Of a stretch of 64,000 nt of DNA, positions 12,058-26,268 are shown in pieces. A model generated the notes under the pieces. The model saw only the letters and a list, made by a program, of their open reading frames with translations, had not been told where the DNA came from and ran no database searches. Position 1 is the first letter of the stretch, and each line of letters begins with the position of its first letter. Origin of the DNA: Octopus vulgaris. Its lineage: Eukaryota. A program made the position numbers and the translations under genes. The stretch covers positions 41,664,001 through 41,728,000 of the forward strand of contig OX597816.1 of NCBI GenBank assembly GCA_951406725.2. The letters are read 5' to 3'.

Positions 12058-13116
12058 CGTATAATGAAAATAATCAGACGTTTGATATTTCGATATATAA
12101 ATCACTATATGTTCAATGTATATATTCAATGAAAAATGTGAAATTTAAAAGATAAATCCACCGGAAAATTGTTATCAATACAAACAAAGAACGGTATTGA
12201 AAAGGTAGGAATAACATTCCATTGATGTGAGGAAATATAAATTAATAAAGGAAATTCATTCATAAGTAAGGAAATAAATATTTTCTCTCTGAAAATCTTA
12301 ATATCTTAGATATTTATTTTCCGCTCAAAATCACCATAATGAATAAGCAATGAAACAAAAGGCAATAAACTTAATGATTTCAGTCTTACATTCAGAGTAA
12401 AATGTGTCTCATATTGTTACGTGTTCATTTCTACCACTATTCCCTGTACTCGATCTACGGTTCACAAAACATGAAACTTTACACCACGGTTACATTTTCT
12501 TTACATAACTTCCAAAGGAAACCGTTTTGCCTGACAAATCTGGAGCGCATACAACGTCCATGTATATATCGTATAGCTTTCTTCTTATCCTAAAATCTCA
12601 TGCAAACTTTGATACATTTACACCTACAAACATCTGTGTATATTTGTACATCGAACTGTAGTTTGTGCGTATATTTTTCACAAAAACTTTAAATTACAGA
12701 ATTACAACTAACACCAGGAATCCATCTCCTACCAGACCACAGGATTTTAGCGATTTAGGATTAATTAAAATAAATGTTTTAAGATTTTGAGGAAATGCCG
12801 CATGGGAATTTCCGAAACGCTTTAACGAATCTAATAATTCGATGATATAGTGAGAACAGAATTAATTTGAAGTAATACTTTTCGATATTTTATTTCCACA
12901 TATAACATAAATATTGAAATGAAATGTTTATGATATCGTTACGAAACATATATGAATGAGCAAAAGATTTTAGAGACAAGAAACCAGAGTCTAGCACTTT
13001 ACATAATATGAGATATATGGCTTTTATCATCACGTGCAATAATGAAATGTATACAAACACAAAATATAGAGGATAGTCATGGAGTAAATGCACTGTATGA
13101 CTATGCTTATTTGCAT

Positions 13117-13489
13117 GGAGGCGCAATGGCCCAGTGGTTAGGGCAGCGGACTCGCGGTCATAGGATCGCGGTTTCGATTCCCAGACCGGGCGTTGTAAGT
13201 GTTTATTGAGCGAAAATACCTAAAGCTCCACGAGGCTCCGGCAGGGGATGGTGGTGATCCCTGCTGTACTCTTTCACCACAACTTTCTCTCACTCTTACT
13301 TCCTGTTTCTGTTGTACCTGTATTTCAAAGGGGCCGGCCTTGTCACGCTGAATATCCCCGAGAACTACGTTAAGGGTATACGTGTCTGTGGAGTGCTCAG
13401 TCACTTACCCGTTAATTTCACGAGCAGGCTGTTCCGTTGATTCGGGGCAACCGGAACCCTTGTCGTCGTAACCGACGGTGTGCTTCCAT
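13117..13489 (+). mobile_element. tRNA-derived SINE (family C, tail type 1)
   Basis: A box tggcccagtgg and B-box-like ggtttcgattccc; first about 170 bp shared with 20273 and 37640(-). Confidence 0.85.
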
Positions 13490-13889
13490 GCTTTTTGGTA
13501 ATCAAAATATTGGATCATTGCGCTGCGTGGATCTGCAACGGACGGACCATATGGATACCAAGACCTTTCAATATGTTTGCTTGATGATAAGAAATATATT
13601 ATCAGTGCATATATCTTTATCAATATTTTCCTTATGTGTGTCTTACGCTCGCCTATCCATACTTTATAGTCAACCATTAGAAAGCGTAAATGATGAAAAA
13701 GCTGCCACACTGAGAGGGACAGTCGGAAGTAGGGTAGAGAATGCAGCATTATGAGTTCCATTCGACGAAATACCACCTATGATAACTTTTGAAGAGATGA
13801 GTTTTCTGATTATTTAAAAAAAAAAAAAGAGAGACAAACTGAACAGTAAAAAAGATAAAAACTGAACAGTAAAAATACTAAAATACTAC

Positions 13890-15440
13890 TTTCTCCTTTG
13901 TGGGGTGGAATGCCATTTTCATTGTCATTATTTGCACATCTCATAAATCACTCGCTAATCATTATATGTGCTCCACGACTGTGTTGTCCGTCCTCGTAGT
14001 GTTCCCTCTATATTTAAGGCTTTATGCCTGTAATAAAGAAATGGGGAGCAATCGTTGAGAGGCTTTTTCGCGTTAATCATTGTTTGATCCCTGTTGTTTA
14101 TTGATTGTTGAACGTCTTCCGTGGGGGTGAACCTAATTGTTGAGCGTCATTATTGGTTGCTGGTTTTTAAAAATATTTTTGCTTGTGATACCCATTTATG
14201 GGTGAGGTAAAGAGAGGAGTGGGGAGCGAACCAGTTCCAGCCGGCAGATGCGCTTCGGCCACTGGAAGAGGTTTGACGGCTGACGTGCTGCGGGTGCAAG
14301 TGATGAAGATGAACCAGGGGAGGTTGAAGAAGTTCAGCTGAATCAAGGTGAGGGATGGAACCAGTTTAAGGTTGACGCCGCCAGAAAGTTTAACAGCGAG
14401 CGTGATGAGGAAGATGGGGTGTATAGACCCTGTCCACAGCACCGAAGGTAATAGAGGTGGCCACGGTGGAGGCTGTGGAGGAGTGCCTAAGGGAGGTAGG
14501 GGGCTTTACAACGTTATAATCGAGAGTGACAAAATGCGGCACAGTGGATGTAATGCTAGCTAGTGAACAAGAAGCGATAAATCACTCCACTGTGGTGCTA
14601 AGGACACCAGAATGGGTACTTTTACCGACTTGTTGTGACAAGCGAGTGGCCAAGGTAAGGATTGGCAGAGAACCCTCGGAGATTGAGGATGTGTGTCTGG
14701 TTGCAGCCATCCTGTATAACATGGCGGAGAACGTAAAGGTGTTGAAATTGAAAAGGACGAAAGAGGTGAACTGAGGGGAAAAGGCCGTGAAGCGGCTATC
14801 CAAGTCAGTTTACAAGACTTGCATAAGGAAGCAAAGGAGGTGAAACTGCCGGAAGATGTGAATTTGAGAGCAGAGGTGGAGGGAAGTTTCTAACCCATTG
14901 CCAGTGTGGGGTACATGGGATACATGAAAGCAAGGTGTTCCAGAATCACGACGAATTTGTAGAGGAGCAGGAGCAAAATGCCAAAGCGACAAACCCAGTA
15001 TTTGAGAAGTGACTAGCGAAGGTGGAGGAGGAGTATACGGTGGTGAATAGGAAGAAGAAAAGGAAGAAAACGTGGACTCACACCAGAGTGTCCACTAAAG
15101 AAAAAAAGGAAAATAACGAAGCATAACATGAGATGCCAACAACATCAAAGCAAGCCAACATGGAAAATCGACTGGGACTACAGTAAGAAACAAATAAAAA
15201 AGAAGCAAAGCATAAATGGAATATGGTAAAATTTGCGAAAAGTAGAGAGTTAGAGAAGAGAATCACAAAAATCAAAACTGTTATAAGAGTGAAACTAACG
15301 ACAGAATACTATCCAGAAAGCACAAAAGCAATAGTTATTGGCGACGGAAGGACTGAAAATCTACGAGAACTGTTCGTAAATAAGATAGACCCAACGGGAG
15401 TACTCGTCGAGTTCGATGACTTGCCGCCGCAGTAGAATAC
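13890..15440 (+). mobile_element. Decayed L1/Tx1-like LINE: tail-like segment, 5' UTR and ORF1 remnant (copy 1)
   Basis: Homologous to 15600-16545 (ASEQEAINHSTV.L.TPEWV.L.T.CDK.V..VRIGR.P.EIE). Decayed CCHC knuckle at about 14898-14940; many stops. Confidence 0.65.
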
Positions 15441-15599
15441 GGCGAGCTGTTGCCGTATATAAAATGGTGAAAAAAAAGTCAGTAAAAATTTCAAATTTTA
15501 AATAGCTGTAAAAACAGATGCAAAAAGGAAAAAAAAAGAAGAGGAAAACAAGAGCTGATTTATAACCAGTAAACGAAAACCATTTAAATGATACTGCCT

Positions 15600-16545
15600 G
15601 ACAGTGGGTACAGGCTAGCTATTTCATCCTCATTGTTGTTATTCATTGTTCAAGAAATTCGAAATCGTTCGTTCCGTATTTCTTGTCCCCAGTGTGGTGT
15701 TTTCTCTGTCCTCTCTCTGTTATGGTCGTAGTGCCAAAATAAAGAGAGTTCGGTGTTGGTAGCAGTCGTTGAGAGTTCATTTTTTCGCGTTAACCATTAT
15801 TTGATTCCTGTTAAACGTAAGTCACATTCTTAATGAACTGTTGAAGCTCTCCTGTTAGGGGAAACCTAATCGTTGAACCTCATTGTTGAATTGTTAGTTG
15901 CTGTTTTTTTTTTGCCTGTGAAATCATATTTTGTTTTCTTCCCCACATATGGGTGAAATTAGAGAAAAAAAGGAAGAATGGAGACCGAACCAGTTCCAAA
16001 CCGGGAGCTATGCTTCAGCCACTGGAAGAAGTTTGTCAGCTGATATGTTGCAGGTACGAGAGATAAAGATGAACCAGAGGAAGTTCAACGAGTTCAAATT
16101 CAAAGAGAAGGCTGGAACCAATTTGAGGCTGACATCACTAGAATGTTTAACAGCAAGCGTGAAGAAGCGGGCAGTGGTGTATAGAACGCTGTCCACGGCA
16201 TCGAAAAAAGTAGAAATTGACACGTGGAGGCTATAGAGGAATGCCTAAAGGAGGTGAAAAGCCTCACAACATTTTACACGAGAAGGAGAAATTACGGCAC
16301 AGTGGAGGTAAGTTTCGCTAGTGAACAAGAAGCGATAAACCATTCCACTGTGGCGCTAAGCACACCAGAGTGGGTATTTCTGCTGACTTACTGTGACAAA
16401 CTAGTGACCAGGGTAAGGATTGGTAGAGTACCCCCGGAGATTGAGGAGGCGTGGCTGATGGCATCCATCCTGTGTAATATGGAGTAGGACGTGTAGATGC
16501 AGAAAGTGACGAGGACGAAAGAGGTACAGTGATGGGGATAAAAAA
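15600..16545 (+). mobile_element. Decayed L1/Tx1-like LINE 5' part (copy 2), cut by a Gypsy element
   Basis: GSYASATG motif near the ORF1 start; RRM-like NYGTVEVSFASEQEA; homology to copy 1 stops at about 16545. Confidence 0.65.
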
Positions 16546-16549
16546 ATCT

Positions 16550-19235
16550 TCGGTATTGGTAGCAGTTCATTATGAGCATTTGATATAAAACGTTGAGTTT
16601 CTTGTAACAGTAATATCTATTCGTCATGTCTATATTTTCTTCCACCCCCTGCTTCGTTATATTCTTTATCAAATACAAGGATATAAAACTGGCGATGAGT
16701 TGTTCGAAGCTAGCGTTGGACGCTTGATTTTTTTCGTACGAAACAAAAGAAAAATGGAAGACTTATTGGCCTTCGTGGTGCAGTTGCAACAGCGACAGCA
16801 GCAACGACAACAACAACTTTTACCGCAGCAACTACAACAACAAAACCAATAGTTGCTCTAATTAATGTTGAAGGAGTCTGAAAATGCTTCAGGTTCATAC
16901 TCGCCAGGCAGCGTAGCAAGCCCAGTTGGAGAATTGAAATACAACTAAGGAGAAGGTATTAACTTCTCTGCATATTTTCATAGATACGAAGAAACATTGA
17001 AAAAAATACAGTCAAACTTAGTCCGACGAGAAATAAGTAAGACGACTTTTAAGAAAGTTATCCCCTACCAAACACGGAAAGTAAGGTAACTATATTCTGA
17101 CGAAGAATTCAGTTGATATTTGTTTCGATGAAATAATATCTTATCGACAATTTTCAATGAAGGAAGTGTCCTGTCCAATACTCGCTGGTGCTGCTTAAAT
17201 TTGGTAAAGAAAAAGATGAAGATTTCTTCACCTATGCCGGTTAGAAATTCAATCTGAACGAGATGACCCCGGACATTTTTAAGTCTTTAATTTTTGTACA
17301 AGGGCTTACTGCAAAGAAGGAGACAGATTTACGTTCCCAGATATTAACTAAATTCGAGCAGTATCGAAATTTATCTCTATGGGCAATAGTAGAAGAATGT
17401 CAAAAGTTTATCAATCTACAACATAACGCAAGTAAAACTCAAGAGAAAGAATGTTCTCAGAGCCCAGCGTGTCGAACGTTAACGAACAAGAAAATATATA
17501 AAAGGATACCAAGACCGAATCCATGTTATGAATGCGGTAGTCTACATTTTAGAAATAACTGTCCGTTTAAAAATAGGAAATGCTACATGTGAGGTAAAAG
17601 AGGCCATAAAAATCGCATTGTAGAACAGTAACTAGAAAACGGTTCAACAGAAAAATCGCGTAAACAGATTATCAGTGACAATAAGAAAATATGTGTATGT
17701 AAGATTAAATAACACAATCATAAACTTATAATTCGATTCAGGCAGCGACATCACAATAATTAACACAGATACATGCAAAGAGATCGGGAGATCTAAATTA
17801 AATGAAACCTCGAAAATTGTCCGTGTTGTTTCAGGAAAAAATATTTTAAGGGCGAATTGATAAGTAACATTACATTTCGTAAAAAAACCCATTAAAGGCT
17901 AAAATTTTTGTGTTAGATAATATAACAAACTTGTTCACAACTAAGAGGATGGAATTGTTTAATTTATGGAACGGCCCCATAAATATTTTCTTTAAAAATG
18001 TAAATGGTCATTTCCATCAGAAGAAATAAGTAGTCAGACGAAATGCAAAAAAAAAAAAGAAATCGAAAATGTTTTTTCTGAAGTCCTATCTAATAAATTA
18101 GGTCTGTGTACCAAAAACGCGGTTTCAAATACGAGAGAATGCTATACAAACATCTAAACAAAAACGAATGGTACCGTTCGCAGCGTTAAAATAGATAAAC
18201 TAAGAATTAGAGAGACTAAACAAAAATAGAGTTATCCAAAAATTAGATTATTCTGAACGGCCACCATCAACTGTGTACGTTAAGAAAAATAATAATAAAA
18301 TCAGAATGTGTACTGATTGTTGCACTGGTTTAAATGAAAGTCTTAAAACGTGCCACTATCCGCTACCTATTACGGAGGGTATTTTTGCGAAATTGGATCT
18401 CTCTGACACGTACCTACAAATTAGAGTAGACGATGAATGCTCTAAATACCTACCAATTAGACTGTATAAATACAATAGGTTACTATTCGGATTAAAAGTC
18501 GCACGTGTCATTTTCAACAGATTATGGATGCAATGTTTGCTGACTGTGAATTCACAATTCCATATCTGGATGATATACTCATTAAAAGAGAATCTAATGA
18601 TGAACAATTAGAAGACGCAAAATAATGTATGCGAAGAAATTAGGAAATACGGTTTTACATTGAGTGAAGAAAAGAGTGAATTTTTATTACAGAAAATAAG
18701 ATATTTAGGATAAATAATTGAGAAAAATCGACGTCGACCAGACTCGTCGAGGGCAGACGCAATAAAAAATATGCATCCTCTGACTAATACAGCGAACTTA
18801 CAGGCATTTTTAGAACTGGCAAGTTATTACCAAAATTATATTCCAAAAATGCATAAGATCAGGTTTCAACTAAATAATCTGCTGAAAAAAGATATGAAAT
18901 TAAATTAGTCGGAATGTAAGTCAAAAGGCATTTGGCGAAATATAAACGATTACCTGATTTGTCGTTAGCATATTTCGATCCTGCAGCGAAAATTGTTGTA
19001 GATTGAAACGGTTCTGAGTACGGTATAGGGGCAGATGGTAACAGGAAGGCGGTGGATCATATCTCACGTTTTCTGATAGCAGCAGAGAACAATTGTAATC
19101 AAATCGACAAAGAAGTTCTAGCAATCATGTTAGCCGTGAAAAAATTTCACAGATTTTTGCACGGTAGAAGTTTTCGTCTACAGACTGATCACCGTCCGTT
19201 AATATCGGTACTTGGATCGTTAAAATATCAAGTAT
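16550..19235 (+). mobile_element. Decayed Ty3/Gypsy LTR retrotransposon (gag-protease-RT-RNase H, no integrase seen)
   Basis: PBS-like tggcgatgag 16690; zinc knuckles CYECGSLHFRNNC; protease DSGSDITII 17735; RT IFAKLDLSDTYLQI and YLDDILI 18563; RNase H EVLAI..AVKKFHRFLHGRSFRLQTDHRPL. Many stops and frameshifts. Confidence 0.9.
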
Positions 19236-19554
19236 AGTAGTTATTATATGAAGCAAATTTTCGATTGGCGTCTTCATCCCGTCCTCTCTTTTGAAAACAG
19301 TTATAGATTCATGTTCTGTCTACCTCTACTAATACAGACAAATCGATTCACACATTAGCCACAGTCATGTTGTTTATAAAGAATCTTCAGTTTTGTAGAT
19401 ACAGTGAAAAGTATTCGATCATCTATTAGATTGTTGAAAATGTTATGTAAAGATGATCTCCACGCAGTTCTGCCAAGTAAACTTCACCCACAGCCAGTTT
19501 ATTAATTTCCAAGGCAGTTATCTTCCCGGTCTGAAAGGCTATTAATATAATTAT

Positions 19555-19690
19555 CATTATTATTATTCAGTAGTCTTATAATGTGCTTTCACTGCACTAC
19601 CGAGTGCAGCTCTGTGTGCCTTGAGTATGTGCTGTGGTTTGTTGTGATGCTCTTATGGTTACTGTATTGAAAGTTTCTCCATTTCTTTTA
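19555..19690 (-). mobile_element. Possible 3' end of a non-LTR element (R4/Dong-like) next to (TAA)n
   Basis: Minus strand ends an ORF-like ..LSIQ*, then a short UTR with a ctgcactcggtagtgcag hairpin and an (aat)n tail. Clade assignment is inference. Confidence 0.4.
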
Positions 19691-19698
19691 GAGAAATG

Positions 19699-19747
<49 letters not shown>

Positions 19748-20272
19748 CATTTTCAAACTTTCTTAAAGCAAACTCTGTTATAATGTGTGTTAGTGTACAT
19801 GCCATAATATTGTTGTTGTCAGTGGTGATAAAATTCAGTGAATTAATGATGCTAATTATCGAATTGTTATTACTTTTGTTCTCTGTCCAATGTCTACGTC
19901 ATAATGCATAATTAAATTTGCTTTCATATCCTTTTTGTGTTGTTTCATTTATATTTATACTTTTGTTTGATATTGTTTTGGTTTTAGCGGAAAGCTGCCT
20001 TAAGTTGAATGGAAATGAAATAAAATCATGTTTAAAATGTCAATATTGACAAATCTTTGTGCTATCTCTGGTGTAAAAAAGCATCGATTTCTTTGAAAAA
20101 TATTGCTCTGACTTCAAGCATTATATATACCCCACCATTTTTTTTCAGTTCAAGTGTAAAAGAAAAAAAAAAAAAACTGAATGAACGAAGTGCGTGGTTG
20201 TACGTCAGATCGTGTGAAATAACAACGTCAACAAAAAGCGACAACATCACCGGCGGCAGCAGCAACAACAGT

Positions 20273-20641
20273 GGAGGCGCAATGGTTACAGCAGCGGACT
20301 CGCGGTCAGAGGATCGCGGTTTCGAATGCCAAACCGGGCGTTGTGTGCGTTTATTGAGCGAAAACACCAAAAAAAAGCCCCACGAGGCTCCGGCGGGAGA
20401 TCGTGGTGACCTCTGTTGTACTCTTCCGCTCCAACTTTCTCTCACCCTTTCTTTCTGTTTCTTGTCCCCGACTTCCTACGCAACCGCTGAGCCTGGATGC
20501 GCATTCATCCATCCGTCGATGCTCTCGGTGTCGGGGGTTGACCTGCTTTCTCTTCTGCGGGTCTTACGAATAGCAAAGGACCATGTTTCGGACTTCTCCC
20601 AAAGGACGAAGACCACTGTGCTCAACAAACAAACAAACAAA
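20273..20641 (+). mobile_element. tRNA-derived SINE (family C, tail type 2, ends in (caaa)n)
   Basis: Head and body match 13117 up to ..caactttctctcac.., then diverge. Confidence 0.85.
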
Positions 20642-21446
20642 GCAGCAACAACGACAACAATAATAGAAACGATAATAACAATGATGGTTTCGGTATTAGG
20701 AATAAGGCCGACAATTTTGTAAATGGTGATATTTATATACGATTTATATACGATTTGTAAAATAACAAATTATTTTGTCCACCACAGAAGGATGAAATTC
20801 GGATACAAGAACAAGAAATACAGCAATAGTAATTATAAACCTTGATTAATGTGCTAATGCCACTGTCTTGAAGTGAAAACTGCTGAAAATATACTACATA
20901 TGGATAGGTATGTATCAGCATCATATATTTAGATGCTGAACGCAAATATTTAGGTGTGTGTGTCTGTGAAGGAGATGTTATTCAGCACTCCCAAATGCAT
21001 GACGTCCAAAAAAGCAAACAAAGTGTGAAGCAGGATTGATGCAATAAATTCCTTAGCTATACCTGCTGTAACTTACAGCTTTTACATCATAAAACTATCC
21101 CTCGTTGAGATCTGTAAATTTGCTAAAACTGTACTACACATGTATTACACAGAAGTTGATGTAGAAATACAATACAACTCTCGAGAGGATGCAACCATAA
21201 CGCTAGACACCCATCTAAGGAAAAGATGAGCTTAATATGAAAGTAGAAAGAAACAGCACTCAATATCAGAAGAAAAAAATAATGTTAAAGATTAATGAGG
21301 CTTAGGCACAACTAGATAAAAGAATAACTCACGTTGTCCTACAATTAATTAAAATGTGAATATATATTCCCAGAAAATTACCGCAGTTCTGATCTTTCTT
21401 CTTTTGAGTGTAAACAAATTTATCAAATATAGCGTAAATAACGTTC

Positions 21447-21494
<48 letters not shown>

Positions 21495-21497
21495 CAA

Positions 21498-21527
<30 letters not shown>
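21447..21527. repeat. (GTA)n/(GCA)n microsatellite
   Basis: Direct reading. Confidence 0.93.
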
Positions 21528-21528
<1 letters not shown>

Positions 21529-21875
21529 TTTATCTTTTGACCGACAGATTTTAAAAAAATTATTTTTTGTAACTGAGCACTTTCAAACTTCGTACACCGG
21601 TAGAATGTGTCACACAAAACACCTTTTACTCTTGGTGTTGTTGAGAAAATTCTGTATTTTGGAAGTTATTTTTTGTTAAAGTTGTCAAATTTCGGTACAT
21701 TCAACCAATCAATGACGTATATTCAGCTGAATTAAATTACAGCTGTTGTTTGTCAACAGGAAGTTCCGGCGGTGTATATTTTATGTTTTATATGACACAT
21801 TCTACAAGTATACGAAGTTTGAAAGTGTTTAGTTACAAAAAATAATTTTTTAAATCTGTCGGTCAAAAGGTAAAG
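21528..21875. mobile_element. MITE with about 95-bp terminal inverted repeats
   Basis: ttttatcttttgaccgacagatttt..ctttcaaacttcgtac..tagaatgtgtca is mirrored by tgacacattcta..tacgaagtttgaaag..aaatctgtcggtcaaaaggtaaag. Confidence 0.9.
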
Positions 21876-22574
21876 ACACCTAACAGCCAGCAAGGCCAGC
21901 AATTTTCAGAGAAAGAGGTTAGGGAGTACCATGTACCTAGTACAGGATTTTTGCTATTATCATATCGGTACCTTAGAGACGAAAAGACATAACACAGGAG
22001 TAAAACAAACAGAAGAGGGAGATACAGTAACAAAAATAACAGCAACTGCAAAACGAAAGAAGAGTTAGAATATGTTGATATTTATAACTTTAGATTGTAT
22101 TTTTAATGTAACATTTTTTGTTTAATATCTAGAATCCAAAATTTGTATATTGTTGTTAATGTTATATCATAAAGTAGATACACTGAATTATAATCTAGCG
22201 AAAGTGAATTACATACAAGATAACATGTATTAGTTGCACAATTATTAATATCGCATTCTCTAGGAAAATATATTGTGATAGCTGGTGTGTGAGACATGGA
22301 AGAAACAAATCGAAGTGTTAATAATTTGAATGTCAAAATTCTACACTGATATTTGTATTTCTCCAAAAAAGCTTAAAGGATGATGTATCGCGAAATATGA
22401 CATTTTTATTTACGGCAGTTTCTTACGTATTTCATAATTCTATGAAATAGGATACGAAAAAATGTAATTCTTATTAAAAACGAACATATTCCCATAATTA
22501 AACCGGCCATGCAAAAATTTGCTCATTGATATTCGATGATATCACAAATGCAATTCGAGAACATAAAACATACA

Positions 22575-22586
22575 TACATACGTACG

Positions 22587-22630
<44 letters not shown>

Positions 22631-22868
22631 TGCGTGAGTGTGTGCGCGTTTGTGCACAAATACATATATACATGCATACAAATATGCATAGATATATATA
22701 TATGTATGTATATATATATATGTATGAATATATAGATATATGTAAATATATATATACATATATATTTACATATATTTATATATTCATATATATATATATA
22801 CATACGTATATATATATGCATATATATGATTATATAAATATACGCACACATATATATATATATATATA

Positions 22869-22918
<50 letters not shown>

Positions 22919-22925
22919 GTGTGTA
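22575..22925. repeat. Compound (TA)/(GA)/(TG) microsatellite
   Basis: Direct reading. Confidence 0.93.
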
Positions 22926-23533
22926 ATCTTAGCAATATTTCACTTTTAATAGAGCTTTTTGTAAATTATTTATATCCGTTAGCTCTAATAGTTTCCTTCA
23001 GGCCTACGATAAATAATAAATATTCAGCAATATTTGGTTTAGTGATATTCCAAGAGAGCGTCCAATTATTGAAAGAACTCAGTACGCTAATATACACTTA
23101 CATACACTCTCTTATATGTACATCTATATGTATCTCGATGCTGTGCTATTAAACATCTTCATATAAGTATAGTTGCTGTAGTGAACCGCAACACGTGTGT
23201 GTTAATAATTGTATCTTCACCGAACTCGGAATCTTCCATACTTTTGCATCTAGAGTCTGTAGTCGCAGTGAGTTTACCTCGGTATGAGTTTGATGAAACG
23301 TTATGCATTCGGCCGGTTACTTATGAGTGTATGCGTAACGAGAACCGCAAATCCCTATGTTCTTAAATAAGTACATATATGTCAGTATACATTGTCGGTG
23401 CAGAGGTGTGCCATACTCGACTCTAACTTGGTGCATTTACTGTTAAAATATCTATTGAACCCTGAAAATTGATACACGCACACACAAACACACATACACA
23501 CATACACACACATGTACATATATACATATGCAT

Positions 23534-23564
<31 letters not shown>

Positions 23565-24529
23565 CATATATATTTACATAGATACATACATACACATACA
23601 CACATCTGCATATATATATGTATGTATGTATAATATATTCCGGCAGGTACGCTTCAAGCATTCTATTATGGTTCCAAGTTATGGCTTATTGCATCGAGTG
23701 TAAAGGAAAACCAAATATTATTCGAGTTAAAACGATCTCAATGTGTTTCATCCGATATGTAAATCATGAGTTCCGTTTATCGCATAACAAATATTTTACA
23801 GTTTTTTCAAGACTCTTTAGTGAAAGCTGCTATCACGATCCAATATGCAATTATATTCCCTATATCATTTTTGGTCGCTGCAGGTGGATTTCACGTTGGC
23901 CTATCAGGGCACGGTTCCAGTTATTTATAATATATCTCAATCTGAAATAGCTAGGTTTTGGGTCCTGTTGATATTCATATGTTCATCTATTTCATCCCAG
24001 TAGCCTTACTCACAAAGAACACATACACCCACGCATACAGTTATATTAAGAGGCTGATAACTATGGGACACACAGCGCCAGTGGAAATGCAGATATGCTA
24101 AATACTCATCAGTTTCCGAACAAATGTCACCACAACTTCGATACCTTTTGAATAATATTGTTCATTCCCCCCCTTTCCAATAACATAACTTCTGGGTTAT
24201 AAATAAGTGTACACAATATGGAAACACGCAAAGAAAATTCAACATGTTCCATTAAAAGTATAGTTTAGGCCCAGACCAAATGTTCACGAAGACATGATAT
24301 GGAGAAAATTTGAAAAATATATAGCAAAAGAAATAAATATGCAATAACGAATTAAAAACCACAACCACAAGCAAAATATGAAATAGCCATAAGTTAAAAT
24401 ACGATACAGAAAATAGGAACAACTATAGAAAAAACATCAATTGCTAATAATAGCATCCCTTAATGAAACACTTGAATGAAGACGGTGTAGAGTAATTACG
24501 AGATATTTGGTTTTGTAGCTGAAATCTTT

Positions 24530-24900
24530 TATCTTTTATAAGTTCTAGTAATTAGATGTGGCCATGGAGAGGCACTACCTTGAAGAATTTTAGCCGAATG
24601 TATTGACCCCAGTTCTTACATTTATTTTCAAGTACTGGTATTTATTCTATCGGTCTCATTTTCCTAACCGCTCAGATACGGGAGAGTAAAGGCACCATCA
24701 TCGGTTGTCAAGTGATGGTGAGAAGTAAACACAAAGACACACACACACACGTATACGATTGACTTTCAGTTTCCGTCTACCAAATCCAATCAGAAGGGTT
24801 CGGTCGGCCAGAGGCCATAGTAGAAGGGACTTGCTCAAGTTAACACTCACAGGGACTGGACCCGGGGCCATATGCTTGGGAATCAAGCTCCTTACCACAT
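24530..24900 (-). mobile_element. SINE family B, near full length
   Basis: Reverse complement of 47265-47690 (tttcagtttccgtctaccaaatcc..cttaccaca). Confidence 0.82.
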
Positions 24901-25345
24901 AGGTATAAATTCCACATTGATCATTGTTTTAGCTTCATCTCTTTACCCAAAAGACATGTTTGTCTCTTTGACATAGATGGCGACGTACATGAATAACTTG
25001 TGCTGGCAATGAAGCTCCTGCGACTGATCTGCTTATTTTTCACACTCCATCTGTGCTCATAAGCGAGGTAATCACAAAAATGTGCATGTACATGCATTCC
25101 TATATGTGTGTTCATTGCGTATACACACACATACACACATATTTAGATATATTGATACGTATATCTATGTGTACACACACAAACACATATGTCATCCACT
25201 TTCTATTTGTTTATGCTTCTATTCTATTTCTCCCTTAAATCTCTTTCTATCTTTCTCTCTTACTTCACTTCTCTTGTCCTATGATGTCAAATTTCTTAAC
25301 GATATTTTAAAATTACTAGCGTTCTCTAACCACCTTTGTTCTTCC

Positions 25346-25403
<58 letters not shown>

Positions 25404-25688
25404 ACCACACACACACACATATATATATATATATCAGAAAATGGAAAAGAAAATATATTATAGCTACTTGTTTCATTCCATTAGTATCCCAATTGAAAAG
25501 TAATGCAAACTAAGAATAAGTATAAAAGGAGACAGATCAGCAAAATAACAAAAACATTTCCGAAAAGGATTCTACACACGTTTCAATCTCATAGTATATT
25601 TCAATCACCAACAATCCAGTAATCCAGTTGGCACCTGGATTGCTATTAACAACGCCTTACGAGGAAATTACATCCTCAAATTGTGTAT

Positions 25689-25728
<40 letters not shown>

Positions 25729-26062
25729 TATATTGTAACTTCCTACACCTGAAGAAATGACGTATCAATATATGAACACTTTTATATGTCCTCCCTGATA
25801 GGATTGATGCATTTTTTCACATTATTCTTCCTCTCAGATTTATTTTTAATGCATCTGACGTGACATATCTCGTTGATATGGTGACATAACTGATTTAAAT
25901 ACCATCTTCACCATCTGTCTCTAGTGCTCCAAAAACATGTCTCACTTCTCCTCGGTATTAACTCCCACGCAAGTGTGATTGCTCATTCCTTGGGCGCTTA
26001 AGTGACATTTGACTACCATGCAACTGTTCCTCTGGATCTTACCTTGTAAACTGATCATTCAT

Positions 26063-26085
26063 ATGTATATATGCATGTATGTATG

Positions 26086-26119
<34 letters not shown>

Positions 26120-26216
26120 TGTATGTATGTATGTATGTATGTATGTATGTATGTATGTATGCATGTATGCATGTATGTATGTAGGTATGTATCTATATAT
26201 ATATGTATATATATAC
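26063..26216. repeat. (TATG)n microsatellite
   Basis: Direct reading. Confidence 0.95.
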
Positions 26217-26268
26217 GAAAAAACAAGTCAAGATAGAAAATGCTAAATTAATTTTATAAAGAACATTT

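Noticed and set aside
20057-20722. 221-aa ORF
   Set aside because: Runs through a SINE and trinucleotide repeats; no protein family signal.
25570-25685. Minus-strand hammerhead-like layout (ttgagga..gaaacgtg)
   Set aside because: Needs extra inserted bases, has a 3-8 mismatch and poor stems; too degenerate to call.
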